Positions 51,645-64,000 of a stretch of DNA of 64,000 nt are shown one piece after another (positions within the stretch are counted from its first letter, which is position 1; each line of letters starts with the position of its first letter). The notes under the pieces are model-generated. The model saw only the letters and a program-made list of their open reading frames with translations. It did no database searches and was not told the origin of the DNA. Source of the stretch: Tubiluchus corallicola (lineage: Eukaryota > Animalia > Priapulida). The translations under genes and the position numbers were made by a program. Location: assembly GCA_030141605.1 (NCBI GenBank), contig JAQGDQ010000444.1, positions 82,737 to 146,736 on the forward strand, given 5' to 3'.

Positions 51645-52050
51645 ACTGTGTAGTCCGGAATGCGAAGCATGGCATTACTCGATTACTGATTAGCGTCAGC
51701 TTTGAGATATGAAGTATTACCAAACAGGGCATTTTTCTAGCTGCCGTAAAAGTCAACAGATTGTTACAGACATAGTCCGGAATGCGAAGCATTGGGTTAT
51801 TCGTGCCCGGATTTGTGTCAGCTTTGAGATAAAAAGTACTGCTATGACAGGGCATTTTTGTGCCAAATTTTAGTTTCCTAACTGGCGTAAAAGTCGAATG
51901 ATTGTTACAGATATAGTCTGGAATGTGAAGCATCATTTCATTGGTCGATTACAGATTTACGTCAGCTTTGAGATTCAAAGAACTACCATGACAGGGCATT
52001 TTTGTACCAAAATTTTAGCTTCCTTGCTGGCATAAACGCCACCTGATTAT
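51645..52050. repeat. Tandem repeat, ~3 units of 122-143 bp
   Basis: tagtc.ggaatg.gaagcat at 51651, 51773, 51914; gtcagctttgagat and acagggcattttt in each unit. Confidence 0.85.
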
Positions 52051-53049
52051 TACTGCTCTAGTAAGGTGTAACAAGCTGATTACTATTTATCTATTATTTT
52101 TAGCATAATGACTATCTTGTGGAAATATATAAACTATTAGCTGATCCTTCCCTGCTGGCTGCTGCCATCTGTTGGCTACTGTTAAAATTATTTTGATAGA
52201 GCTACAGCTCGGTGATCGTTGAAGCACGGACTAATATGTGTTGGCTTTGAGCAGTGATTCATTTTAAGCCAGTCTGGCCCCATGCTCTGGTGGTGTTTTT
52301 TTTCGCTGTTGGTATTCTTACCTGGACTAGTGCCACCACTGAGGTTTGTCACTGTATGGACAGACAATGTTTCGTGAGGTACCTTTACATTGCTTACAAG
52401 AACTCAGGTATGCATGCCCTCTTATGTTGCCTTAAGAGACAAGTTTACTTCGGAAGTTCAACTTAGGATCTAATGGTGGTTATGATTAGTTTTCATAAAT
52501 ACGCTACTCATGTCATGTGTTGCTGAATGCTGAGTTCACACTGGCCTGTGCTCTTCCTGACAACTTTCATCTCCAACAACTGGAAATGACTCTTTAATGT
52601 TACGTTCTAGTGCAGAAGTTTACTCATCTGAAAACTGTGTGTGGGACTGATATGCCAAGCAGTAGCCAGTTCCTCTTTGTCTTATGCTAATCTGATTGTA
52701 TTTTTGATATTTGCCGATTGATATGTTGTTTGTTGTTGTTTAAATAAGTATGGAAACTTTGTTTCACAGTTTTGTTTTCTCATTTACATTGCCTTCACAG
52801 AAAAGCTTGATAAAGTCTGGTGAGTTCCCACTATTCTGAATTAATGCTAAAATTCCATGGTTGATCTCTGGTTTCCATGTTCTTGCCCTCGTAGTACAAT
52901 CAGCCTTAACGCTCATGGCAAGAAGATTTAGGAATAACAAAACTAAAGTCACTTTGAAGATTATGTTTATGTATTGTTTACATATTTCAAGTAAAGTTTT
53001 TGCCCAAGACCAGAGCTATCTTGTTACATAGTATAAACGAGTCTTCTTT

Positions 53050-53221
53050 TTTTTGAAAACGTAGTTGTAAAAAAATATTTCTTGACGGACAAAAATTTCG
53101 GCAGATTTTTAGCATTTCCTACATTTTTTTGCCAGAACTCCTTCATAGATAAGCAATTTCACGGAAAGTGTAATAAAATATTCTCTGTAAAGCGTAGCTA
53201 CATAATGCCGAATAATAAGTT
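53050..53221 (+). repeat. Interspersed repeat, direct copy at ~58430..58582
   Basis: cagaactccttc.taga...aatttcac.gaaagtgtaataaaatat.ctctgtaaagcgtagctacataatgcc.aataataagttg shared. Confidence 0.85.
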
Positions 53222-54279
53222 GTATTATATGTTTATTGGGCACAAATAATCAATAGAGCATCGACAATTACAGCCATTTTCAAAATTGTAAGTCATGGCA
53301 AAAAAGAAATTATTAGTACCTTGATGGCACTAAAACAGAAATGCATAAAATGTCAATACAAATCAGCAGATTAGAATTTAAATTGTGAAAATTAACATGG
53401 ATGCAACTAGAAGAAATTGCACAGAGACGTAAAAAATTTTTACTTTACATATTAATAAATGATTAATAAATTTATGAATTTAAATTTATTAAAAGATTAA
53501 TAAATGACCATAACACAATTAGTAAACGATTAGTCGAAATCTATGTAATTAAGAATCACAGTAATAAGAGTTATAAGAATTATTAACATTAAATTTTGCA
53601 TAATTTACAACAAGGGAAACACAAAACTAGAAACGCTCGGCATTTGTAATCGAGATTAAATCCACAAGGACCACGACAGAACTTAAAAAACAGAGTCAAG
53701 CTGAATTAAAACACAGAAATGAGACATGGTGCTACCGATGATAGCTGGCTGTGTAGAATTGTGCAGGGCTTCATTTTATACAAGTCCTTTGCTTGCTTAA
53801 GATCTTGAATATTTCTTCCACTACTTCAAATGTATAATTCAGTGTCAAAGCCATCGCAATGACCCCCGCATGTAGTGAGAGTAAGCTGGTCCTTGCGTTG
53901 CTCCCCAATTCTGGTACAAAGGTGACGCTTCATCTGTCAGATGTAAGACGCATGGCAAACACCATAGGTGTACTGATACGTCACACGCCATAGGTCTGCT
54001 CATACACTACATTTGAATGTAATGGGCTTTGAGTGCTTTTTGCAATGGCGGCTTGTAGCTAAAATTAGTGGGGGTGTTGTTTCAGAAAATTTTTAGCCAA
54101 TGTTTTTATACTGTGTAAAACGTGACAAATGTATGCAATTTTAATGTAGCAGTTATACTTGAAGACCAGGTGTTGAAATAATATCAAATCAGCAATTACT
54201 TGAATTCTGCAAAAAGTGCGGGGCCATTGGACATACCAATAAAAATTGTTAAAACCTGTAGCATTATTATTACACATTA

Positions 54280-55730
54280 GTTATATTTTCAATCAAATAC
54301 TTATGCGTAGTAAGTTCCCAGATTTATGCAAAACTGCAAATGTAACACCCATGCTACACACGGAGAGTCAGAAGATATGAATAATTGTCGTCCAATATTC
54401 ATAGTACATTGTAAAACAATAACATATACAAACAGCAATTTGGCTTTTGAAAACGGCATTCTACTATTGACGCAATAACTTTCGTGAGAGAAAAATGGCG
54501 TTACTCACTAAACAATGAAGAATTTGTTGCAGCTGCATTTCTTGATGTTAGTCAGGCATTTAATAGCTTATCTCAACCAATGCTTGTGTGAAAGCTATAC
54601 ACTTTTGCCCTTAACAACTGTTCTTTTAATAGAATACATGACTACTTAAAAGACAGGAGGCAGCAGTGTTCCTTATTGTTTAATATATATGTAAATGATT
54701 TCCCAACCATAATTGATAATTGTTCCATAACTCAATATGCTGATAATACAAATGTAACTACTAACGATTCTAATCCTAATGTAGCAGTAAAAACTTTAGG
54801 CAGCAAAATTAAAGATTATCACCATTTAAAACTTAACACAGATAAAACTGTTTTTTATTACTCACAGAGAAAGCCTATAAGGTACTTATGATGGTGCTAA
54901 TATATCCTTGTATTCTTGTAACGAAACAATACAGCAATCAAATAACACAAAATATTTAGGGATGGAAATACACAATAAACTTACATGAAACGGTCAAGTA
55001 AATAACATAATACAGAGAATGGGAAATAGAACGTCACTTTTAAGACAAGTCAAAAGACAACTAAACAATTAATTTAGAAAACACTGGTCCTCTCTCACCT
55101 AAGATAACGCAAGCACTCTGTACAATTAGCACGAAAGTGATATAAAATTTCATGACGAATTTTTAACTTGATTTATGAGGAGTGTTTTCTTGTGCTCTAA
55201 ACAACAACACCAACATAAACAACGCAGTTTTTAAGAAGTAGATAAAATTTTTAATGCAAAACTGTGCCCTAAAACTAGTTCTTGGGTATTCAAACAAACA
55301 GTCATCTTATAGCAATTACTCCGCTATAGCAAATAGACAAAATTAAATATTCGTATCATCGAAGCATACTTGCAGTATTACAGCCTAATATTCCTATATA
55401 AATATTTAAATAACTGTAATAATAGAATACCTTTTATTAAAGACCAACAAACTAATAAACAAACGTTCAATGTTAAACCGATTGAAACGAATAAGAAATA
55501 CGGACGTTATTCAATTTCAAAGAATAAAAAATTGCAATTTTAGAATTTTGTGAGTGTTCAAATTAAGGAGAATTAATTAATAATTGTAGATTTTAAAGTA
55601 GATTTAGTAGCTATTGCTTTCATCTGTCCTCTCGCTGTTTGTACACAAAAATTTTATGTATATGTATTTTGTATAGTACAGTTCGTGTACATTAATTGCA
55701 ATAAAGATTATTATTATATTATTATTATAT
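54280..55730 (+). mobile_element. 5'-truncated decayed CR1/L2-like LINE
   Basis: FPDL.KTANVTP, NNCRPI, QQFGF.KRHST, AAFLDVSQAFNS, LFNIYVNDFP, QYADNT, KYLG; ends in AATAAA + (ATT)n tail ~55700..55728. Confidence 0.8.
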
Positions 55731-55983
55731 ATGATTATACAAAAATTCACTGTAACGGTGTTTACAAAATGTTTCCGACTATGTCAGTGTATATTGCGTA
55801 TTGAATTCATTTAACAAAAAAAAGAATAAAAACAATGGCAACAGCACAATTTACACAAATATAACACATAGTTACTGGAGTAAAATTCATGCAAAACGCT
55901 AGCTTGTTTTTAGTTTGGGATTATTGGCGATTCTTTAATTTGCTGTTTTATGTTTCTTATTTTTTAAATTGTTTTGGGCATTG

Positions 55984-57012
55984 TTATAATATGCATGGGT
56001 AGTCAAACATGTTCATCTCCTCTTTATATTCCTCACAGAGCAGTTTAAGAGTTAATTGTGAAACGTTTTGGTAGTAATATCCAAAAAGCGGCCATGATGC
56101 TCTCTCGTGGCTCTTGTCTGATTCGATTTTTTTTGGAAAACGGACTAAGTGGCTTATATTCAGTAAATTTATTAAGTAACTCGCGTCATCTTGTATTGTT
56201 TCGTATTTTCCTATGAAGTCATAATTGACATTGCATGGCTCGCATAACTTACCATAAGATGCCCAGTGCAAGTTCATGCTACTCTTCGTCTTTGATTCAG
56301 GTTGCAATAAAAATTCTAAAAACTCTTCAAATTTTTCGCCAGTAACGTTACGCCCAGTTTCTGTGTTTATTCGATTCAAATATTTACGGATGTTAGTTAT
56401 GTACTTTCCGTGGTTGTTTTTCCATCCAGACAATGCCTTATCCCGGAATGCAGAAACTATGCGGTCCAAAGGATTTCTCACAAATATAAACTTGAAAAAG
56501 GTTTTAATCATAATTTCCTGCTGTGCTGGTCTGTACTGAGAAAATTTGGATATATTGGTTTTGTGCGCCTGAATTTGTCTTACATTCATTACATCGCCAA
56601 TGGTTTGATTTTCTAACACCCACATTATTCGCTTAAAATTTGTTGTAGCAACTTTAGGTATTGGACAGTAGATAAATTTAAACTCTTCGTTCACTAATAG
56701 ACGATGTTTAATGCCTATAAACTTTAGCTGTGCTCCTCCTGTTCCACATGTTTCTGTGATGCGTTGCTTCCTTTCCTCATACTGTTTCTTTAGCACGTCC
56801 TGCTTTCCCAACGAGAACAATAAAGAGGCAAACAAGTTTTTACCTTGATCACTGATTGCTCTGATTTCATGGAAATATGACACAGTATTTGTCAGCAGGT
56901 TTAGTCCACTAACAGCTGCTGTATTATTAATTCCAGAGAAGCAAATACTCAGCAAAAGAAACGGGGCAAAGAAAACAACTATTGCAGTGTATATCTTAAG
57001 CTTGCTTGACAT
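55984..57012 (-). CDS. Carbohydrate sulfotransferase, Sulfotransfer_2 family (CHST8-14 / chondroitin-4-O / HNK-1 type), 342 aa
   Basis: TM anchor; 5'-PSB YCPIPKVATTNFKR; 3'-PB KFIFVRNPLDRIVSAFRDK; HW----LCEPC---YDFIGKYET--DDA; C-terminal MFDY; splice acceptor ttttttatatttcAG 14 nt upstream of ATG; exact orthologue not assignable by eye. Confidence 0.95.
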   Translation of the reverse strand: MSSKLKIYTAIVVFFAPFLLLSICFSGINNTAAVSGLNLLTNTVSYFHEIRAISDQGKNLFASLLFSLGKQDVLKKQYEERKQRITETCGTGGAQLKFIGIKHRLLVNEEFKFIYCPIPKVATTNFKRIMWVLENQTIGDVMNVRQIQAHKTNISKFSQYRPAQQEIMIKTFFKFIFVRNPLDRIVSAFRDKALSGWKNNHGKYITNIRKYLNRINTETGRNVTGEKFEEFLEFLLQPESKTKSSMNLHWASYGKLCEPCNVNYDFIGKYETIQDDASYLINLLNISHLVRFPKKIESDKSHERASWPLFGYYYQNVSQLTLKLLCEEYKEEMNMFDYPCIL

Positions 57013-58429
57013 CTTTTTGAAATGTTCTGAAATATAAAAAAATAGTTACTTTGCTTTTCGAGAAAGTAGCTTACGTAATAATTACACATATAAATTGGAA
57101 ACATTTACTCAGGTTTTTGAAACATCTACTTAATACTAGTTTTGACAAACAAACATTTTCAATGTTTTACTAAGGTCATTTTACATAATGACTCTCAAGT
57201 TTTTCATAGTTCGTAGCACGGATTTCTTGGGAAAACTTGATTTCTTGTCAGTAATTTCGATTAAAATGAAAAAAAAACAAATTACATTCGAGCAAAGAGC
57301 AAGCCACTTTGGTTCAGGCAAAACAGACGTGAATTGTTTAATTTATAGTATAAATTGATTAATTGTTAAATTACTATAAACTAATTTTGCTATTGCTCAG
57401 AAGTGATCGTTTTGGCAAAATTAACAATTCATCCTATACAAAAGCAAGCTTCTCTTTGCATTTTTTCTCGTAGATTAATTTTAAAGCAGATGCAATGTTT
57501 TTAAATGATGAGTTAATATAATTTGAAATTGTGCATTCATCCGGGTAATTAGATCAAATAGGCTAATAATTTACACGTTCTCATACTTACAATGCTAACC
57601 ATTATTTTATTTAGCTACAGATTTTCACTCCTAAATCAAGTGCTTGCACATCGACGAAGATTTTGTTTGCAATTATATGCAATGCATTTGTTGACTTTAT
57701 GATATTTGCTGACTATATAACAATCAACAGCATAAAGTCAACCTAACACAATGAACTTAACACGTGCTTAGGAAACTAATACAGATATAGTAACCTTTCG
57801 TGCAGGTCTGTAATCATCTGCTGTGATTAGCGGTGTAATGTCGCAGCTCAAAAAGCGGAAAAGTTCTCTCTTACATCACGATGACAGAATTTTAGTGAGT
57901 CCTGATGTAAGGCGTGATTGCTAAAATGGGCTGAAAATGTGTTCATTCTAGTCACTCAATCACAACTTAAAACATCATTTGAATTTAATGCTCCCCAACT
58001 ATGTGGGGAAAACTCAGGAATAGCTTGGACAGTTCAGTAACTTCTAGTGTTTCTTTTTTACGAAACACCCTTTAACTGAAAGTTATTCATAATGTGACAT
58101 TTTCTAATTGTGCGAATTCGCGAATATATTTTAAAGAAATAACATGAATGCTAAATATTAAAGGTGCAGAAAAATACCATAATTTGTACACATTTAATGT
58201 GTACATTCAATTTGGAAAAATGCTAATTGACTATAATATGTTCATTTTGTTATGATTTTTTCTGTTATGCAGAATATGAGTACACATATACGTTCTAAAA
58301 AGCCTTAGGTATGAAGTGAAATGAAGGAGTTTTGCGCTTTTTGAATACGTAGTTGTCTTCTAGACGGGGCAGGATGATGAAAAAGCTTTCTCACCGACAG
58401 AAAAAACTTATCAGAAAACCTTTTTAGCA

Positions 58430-58582
58430 GAAAAATTTAGTTCACGGAAAAATATTTTCGAAGAGTTTTAGCTTTTCCCAGAATTTTTTTTGACAGAACT
58501 CCTTCGTAGAAAACAAATTTCACAGAAAGTGTAATAAAATATCCTCTGTAAAGCGTAGCTACATAATGCCTAATAATAAGTT
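58430..58582 (+). repeat. Second copy of 53050 repeat
   Basis: Direct sequence comparison. Confidence 0.85.
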
Positions 58583-58600
58583 GTTTAAACATGTTTATTG

Positions 58601-58722
<122 letters not shown>

Positions 58723-59199
58723 TATCTTTATTTTTCACCTTTTTTACAAAAGAAAAACACGGAGCATGAAATGATAATATGATAATATGATTCAAAGTAA
58801 CAAGATTATTAAATGAATAAATTATCCAAGTTAATGATGTTCTAGTGATTGGTGAAAAGGTGGCGAAAAACTGAAAGTTACCAAAGTCAACCACCCTGTA
58901 AGTAATGTTGCTATTAGTAATAAGCGCAATTATCTTGACGAAGGTTTCAGAATAAGGTGTCTAAAACTATTGAGATTAAGTTTAAATGTGAACATAAATA
59001 TCATGGACAGAAAGGCATAATAAATACATATAATGTTGATATTCTAAGCAATGTGTAAATTTATATAGAATTGCCTTACCTCTTTAACTTTCGTTTACAT
59101 GTTAGTGCTGAATATGGCACGTTTCCAATAAGGCATCTAGATAGTCATGAGGCCTCTATCTGCTGTAAAATTACATTATAATGACTAGTACTAATGGCT

Positions 59200-59380
59200 A
59201 CATATAAATATATATATATACATGTACACATACATACATATGCATATATTATATACTTAATTGGATGTATGCGCTTACTTCTGCGCATATAAATAGACAC
59301 ATATATATATATATATATGCTCACATATGCACATACATATACATACATACACATATACATTTACACATAAATATGCATAC
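59200..59380. repeat. (TA/CA)n low-complexity tract
   Basis: Seen directly. Confidence 0.85.
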
Positions 59381-59559
59381 CTAGCAGAAAAAGGAATAAA
59401 AAAAACCAAAGTTGTTAAGAGTATCAGACAATTGGGGTATAGACATAACATAAAGTACAATTTCACAATTAGCAGTGCAATAATATATATAAAGATGTCA
59501 TTGTTACTATTTCCATTTTTACTATCTCTATGGCAAAATTCATGGTTAGCATCACTGTA

Positions 59560-60990
59560 AGTTGGGGTTAAGATCTTCAGCAGATATAATAAGCGAGTTT
59601 TTACCATTCATATGTATATATTGGTTGGCGAGTTCAACTTGAGTGTAATAGTAGTTTAAGTATTAGTTGTGTAAACAATTCCAAGACTAGGTATAAAAAG
59701 AAATAAGCATATTTTTGTAGTTTGACACAAGGTAATTAATAGACTTGTTTTTGAGCTTCTGAGGAATAGAGTTCCAAATTCGTGGCCTTGATACTTGAGT
59801 GAACGTTGAGCGTTGGTCGTATTGCATCTTTTGACACTGTAGGTATTACTTGATGCAAACCGCGTTTGGTAGTTACGCAAAGCTGAAGGTTCACTCAAGT
59901 ATCCATTAAATAGTTTGGGTAGCTTATGATTGTTGAATGTGAAAACAAATTTAGCCATTTCTAGGTTATATATATAAGTTATTTTTAAAATTGTTAGGTG
60001 ATTATAATAAGGTGTTGCATGTGAAAACAATGGTCCATGGTCCCTGAAACCAGCAAAGCAGACACCTTTTACATCTTTGTTTTGAGGTACAGCAACATTG
60101 TGCATTATAGTTTTGTTGGCTGATCCCCAAGTAAGTATTCCGTATTGTAAGTAGGGAAAAACTAGTCCGTAATATATTAATTTCAAAGTTTGCGTTTCTG
60201 GGTAGTACCGAAGTTTAAAAAATAATCCTGTTATTTTACAAATTTTATACGTTATATGTTTTATATGTGTACACCAGTTGAACTTGCTATCGATAAAGAA
60301 ACCCAGATATTTTATATCATTCGACCGACTAATAGTTATGTTATTAATATTAATTTGAAAGTTGTCTACATCAGGATTCGGTTTTTAATTTGAAAAGAGA
60401 ATAAACTTAGTCTTTTGATAGTTTAATGTTAGTTTATTTGCTTTCAACCAGGTATGTAGTTTATGGATATCAGGTTCAGCCATAAGTAGGTTAGTATCAT
60501 TTGCAAACATTCGTGTATCAAGGTTAGTACAACCAGGGAGGTCATTAATATACAATAAAAATAGTAACGGTCCTAAGGTAGAGCCCTGGGGAATCCCATA
60601 TGTGACATGAGCTTTTTGATTTTTGGATTTAGATTTTGTATCTCCATTGGCAGTAAACTGCTTGCGATTCGTAAGATAGAAAACAAAGAATTCAAGTGCA
60701 TGACCTTTTATACCATAGTGGTTAAGTTTATCGATTAGTATATCGTGTTGGACAGTATCAAATGCTTTTTGCAAATCCAGAAAGATTCCACATGTGTACA
60801 ATTTATTATCAAAATTTTCTAGTATTCTAACAACTAATTCAGATGTAGCAAGAGCTGTAGAGTATGTTTTGCGAAAACCAAACTGAAAATCCGTTAGTAT
60901 GTTAAATTTTGTTAAGAAAAGGTCAAAACGATTATACACTAATTTTTCATAAATTTTTGATATTGGGTAAAGTAATGAAATAGGTCAAAT
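59560..60990 (-). mobile_element. 5'-truncated CR1/L2-like LINE, RT domain and 3' region
   Basis: QFGFRK--ST, GIFLDLQKAFDTV, GIPQGSTLGPLLFLLYINDL, FANDT (mutated FADD), LKANKLTLN--KTK, KYLGFFIDSKFNW, YYGLVFPYLQYGILTWG; frameshifted. Confidence 0.92.
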
Positions 60991-61039
60991 GGTTCAGTAT
61001 ATGACATTTTAGCAATTGGCACAAACATTTTAAATTATT

Positions 61040-61190
61040 AGTCTAGTTACATAAGTCTTTCCAGCAGGTAAGTGAAATGCTAAGTAATATAGATTTGCAC
61101 GGAAAGTTTACACACATAGTGACGTCATATAATGGTGCTGTTTAAACAGTATTGCGGGAGATTTAAAATAAAAACAAACGAAAATTCCTT
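61040..61190 (+). repeat. Copy of repeat at 5250..5420
   Basis: Direct sequence comparison. Confidence 0.75.
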
Positions 61191-61489
61191 TCAACACGAA
61201 TACGATATGTGCATAAATTGCTGTAAAGTTGTATATTTTTTAAGGTGATATATGAAACCTACTTCAGGTTCCCTTTTTCTTGTCCTATAAAATACGATTG
61301 CAGTGCTTCTGGCAAGTGTGCAAACCTATCTCTGCCACACTTCAGCTTTTGCTTTTTTGTCAATGGGGACGAATTACTACATAATTCGTATTTGTATTTT
61401 ATGTGATCTTGTTTAGCAAAAAATAAAAAATAACTCAATTGAATCGATAGAAATTGCAAACCACGTGATCATTACACAAAACAGCGACT

Positions 61490-62080
61490 TAATTATAAAT
61501 CTTGTGAGGAATTTGAGCTGACCACATATTATAGATAAAGAAAGATTTTCCATCAATTTTCTGTGAAATATTAAATTTTATAATACTGGTGGCATATTTT
61601 GCAAAGCCCTAAATTGCGGATCACTTCAGGGTCTCCGTGCACAGCTTAATGGATTTGTAAAGTCTTGTAAAGTGTTTGATGTGAAATGCAGTTCACGCTC
61701 TGTGCACAAAGAAAGATGTAATCTTGAGTAATTTCGTCTGGAATTTAATAATGATCGAAAATTATTATCCCGCTTTTGAAATTTGTAATCTCTACGGGCA
61801 ACTTCTTCAAAAGCCCTAAATTGCAGACCACTTGAGACGTGCTCCCTGCGCACAAAAGAGAAGCTTAATGGTTTTCAAAATCTTGTGAAGTATTTGAGTT
61901 ACACATCAAGAAGGATTTTAATCTTGTCTGGAATTTAATGATTCAAAAGTGCCGAAAATAATAATCCTCGCTTTTGAAATTTATAATCTTTTTGGCAAAT
62001 TCCACATAAGCCCTAAATTGCAGACAACTTGAGACGTGCTCTCTTCACACAAAAGAGAAGATTAATTATAAATCTTTTGA
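61490..62080. repeat. Tandem repeat, ~3 units of ~200 bp
   Basis: agccctaaattgc at 61605, 61812, 62009 with flanking similarity. Confidence 0.8.
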
Positions 62081-63619
62081 AATGTTTACCAGAGTGGCAG
62101 GTTACACCCCGCTGACAAAGGAATGTGTATTAATCCCTAATAATTGATGTAGCTATAATGACTCACTCAGCTTGCACCTTGAATTTAATGCATAAAGGAT
62201 TAGACGTTGGAAGATCATGTAAAACTTATAGTTAGAATAAAAATCTAGAAATCAGATAACGACAGTTTGAACTCTGTAAAGCTGGAAGGGCTGTTAGCCT
62301 ATATTGTTATAGTTAGCGGATAATAAAAGTGCTTATACCCTAGTACCACAGCACACGACTTCCGAGTTAAAATAGCCACTGGCCAAGGCTATTGTTCATA
62401 AGCAGAATTGCAAAGAGAGACGATTGTCACTAGCCCAATTTAACAGTTAGCCTAGAGTGAGGCTATGTGTCATTAGAACAAGAACCATAGGAGCCTCGCA
62501 CGAATGGCGACGAATGTGTCAGGATGATGGTCAGTTAGGCGGCTCTGTTAGCAAGTCACTGAAGATTCCATGTCATCTGACATTGGATTCAAAAGAGATT
62601 GTCGAGAGAGTTTTAGCGGTTGTCGGTTGCTGGATGTGGCGTTGTTGACATGAGGTTATCGTGACAAGAAGGTCTGTTGCATAAAAGCTCTTGAGGTAGG
62701 AGATTGTTACTATAGCTCAGCGTAGACGAAACTTCTGCATCGTTTGATCTACCAAACCTCTGGTGCTTAGAACGTCTCTAATACGAGTTCGGATCTGGCC
62801 AATTTCAGTCGCATAAGATTGGCCAGTCTACAAGTTAAGTAGCATTACATTCTACTTAGTAATTGTGAAATAGTTCAAGGTTTTGATTATACCTTGCAGA
62901 CGTTGAATAAAGTGAAGATTGTTAAGTAGCAGATGAATTTAATTGATGTGGAACTGTAATTTTTAAGCTGTAATCTATAGACACTATTTATAAACCCCAC
63001 AAGCGAATAAGAAACTGAAACTGTAATTGTCAAACGACATTATCAATCAATTGTTGTTAAGTAATCGTTCAATAAACTTGTATATCATTGTTACCTATTT
63101 GTTCGATTTGATTTATAAGATTGAGATTCGTAAGTGCATACTCTTAAAGACGCTGTCTGTCACACGCATCTTTACCCAAGGTTATTCACATTGGAGCGGC
63201 TTATTGCAGAGCCTTGCTTGAGAACTAGGGAGATACAGATTTACGTTGCAACGCGTATTTCGTGGTTTGAGGGCGTGTGGGAACACATCATTGCCTGATC
63301 GACACAACCGAAGCTCCAGTAGTCGGGTTATTAATTAATTGGAATTAATTGCCTCATAGCGAGTGTACTAAATTTAATTGTTGAGGGTAAAAACATTTCT
63401 GTTATTATTGTTCGGTAAGAAAAATTATGAATCCATTTAATTTATTTTAATCTATCGTTGTTCCTAACTCTTAGCTTGCCACCTCTTTTTCCAGGTTTGA
63501 CATTTTTGCACAAGTGTGATTACAATCCGGTACTTTTAACTCAATTGAAGTATTTCGCCATTCTTTCAGTGGTGCTCCAGGGCGGTGATTTAATTTAAAA
63601 AAGTTTATATTCTGTAGAC

Positions 63620-63940
63620 ATTCTTGTCTGCATTTGCTTTTCATCTCTTCCTGACATTCACTGGGGTTCCCGAGGTTAGCTAATCAAAAAACTTCTGCAG
63701 ACTATTGACATTCCTGTCTCTATTTGCTAAGCGTCTCTTCTTAACTCTTTCCCTGTGAGTTCCAGGGTGGCAGTTTAACTGAACAAAAAACTTCTGCAGA
63801 CTATTGATATTCCTGTCTCTACTTGCTAAGCGGCTCTTCTTAACTCTTTCACCGGGAGTTCCAGGGTGGCAGCTTAACCAAACAATAAATCTTCTGCAGA
63901 CTATTGATAATATTCTCTGTCTTTCAGCTCATTCTTTCCA
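63620..63940. repeat. Tandem repeat, ~3 units of ~100 bp
   Basis: cttctgcagactattga at 63692, 63791, 63891. Confidence 0.85.
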
Positions 63941-64000
63941 GTATTTAAACAGTAAACAGGGTGTGACTAGTTTACTTTAGAATTCTGAAATCTGGTAAAT

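Noticed and set aside
52254-52952. Two short ORFs resembling secreted Cys-containing peptides
   Set aside because: Both start at GTG rather than ATG, with no supporting splice structure or homology
55984-57012. CHST gene as a retrocopy because it is intronless
   Set aside because: Single large coding exons are normal in this family, and no poly(A) remnant or TSD is visible
62080-63050. Possible solo LTR
   Set aside because: Composition is suggestive, but I could not fix termini, TSD or a second copy

Overview
AT-rich, intron-containing, transposon-littered animal (probably invertebrate; species not determinable here) genomic DNA. Only three host genes are recognisable in 64 kb, and all three encode Golgi type II membrane enzymes of sulfated glycosaminoglycan synthesis. 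(1) A 2-exon heparan sulfate 6-O-sulfotransferase (HS6ST, +, 3958..4463 + 6511..7105, 366 aa). (2) A 6-coding-exon, divergent EXTL3-type exostosin glycosyltransferase (-, 36878..12499, 810 aa as spliced by hand), tail-to-tail with HS6ST. (3) A single-coding-exon Sulfotransfer_2/CHST8-14-type carbohydrate sulfotransferase (-, 55984..57012). The main finding is this candidate metazoan GAG-biosynthesis gene cluster, whose HS6ST and EXTL3 members deviate from normally conserved motifs. The rest is mobile DNA: a decayed Gypsy element (tRNA-Leu PBS) carrying a nested 398-bp AGT..ACT insertion with a 5-bp TSD, a BEL/Pao-like gag relic with a SAP domain, several CR1/L2-type LINE fragments, an ~790-bp Helitron-like unit in head-to-tail tandem copies, a foldback structure with tRNA-like heads and TTAGGG-containing minisatellites, and assorted satellites. 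Exon boundaries were read manually from GT/AG signals and frame continuity. Family assignments rest on recalled motifs, not database searches.
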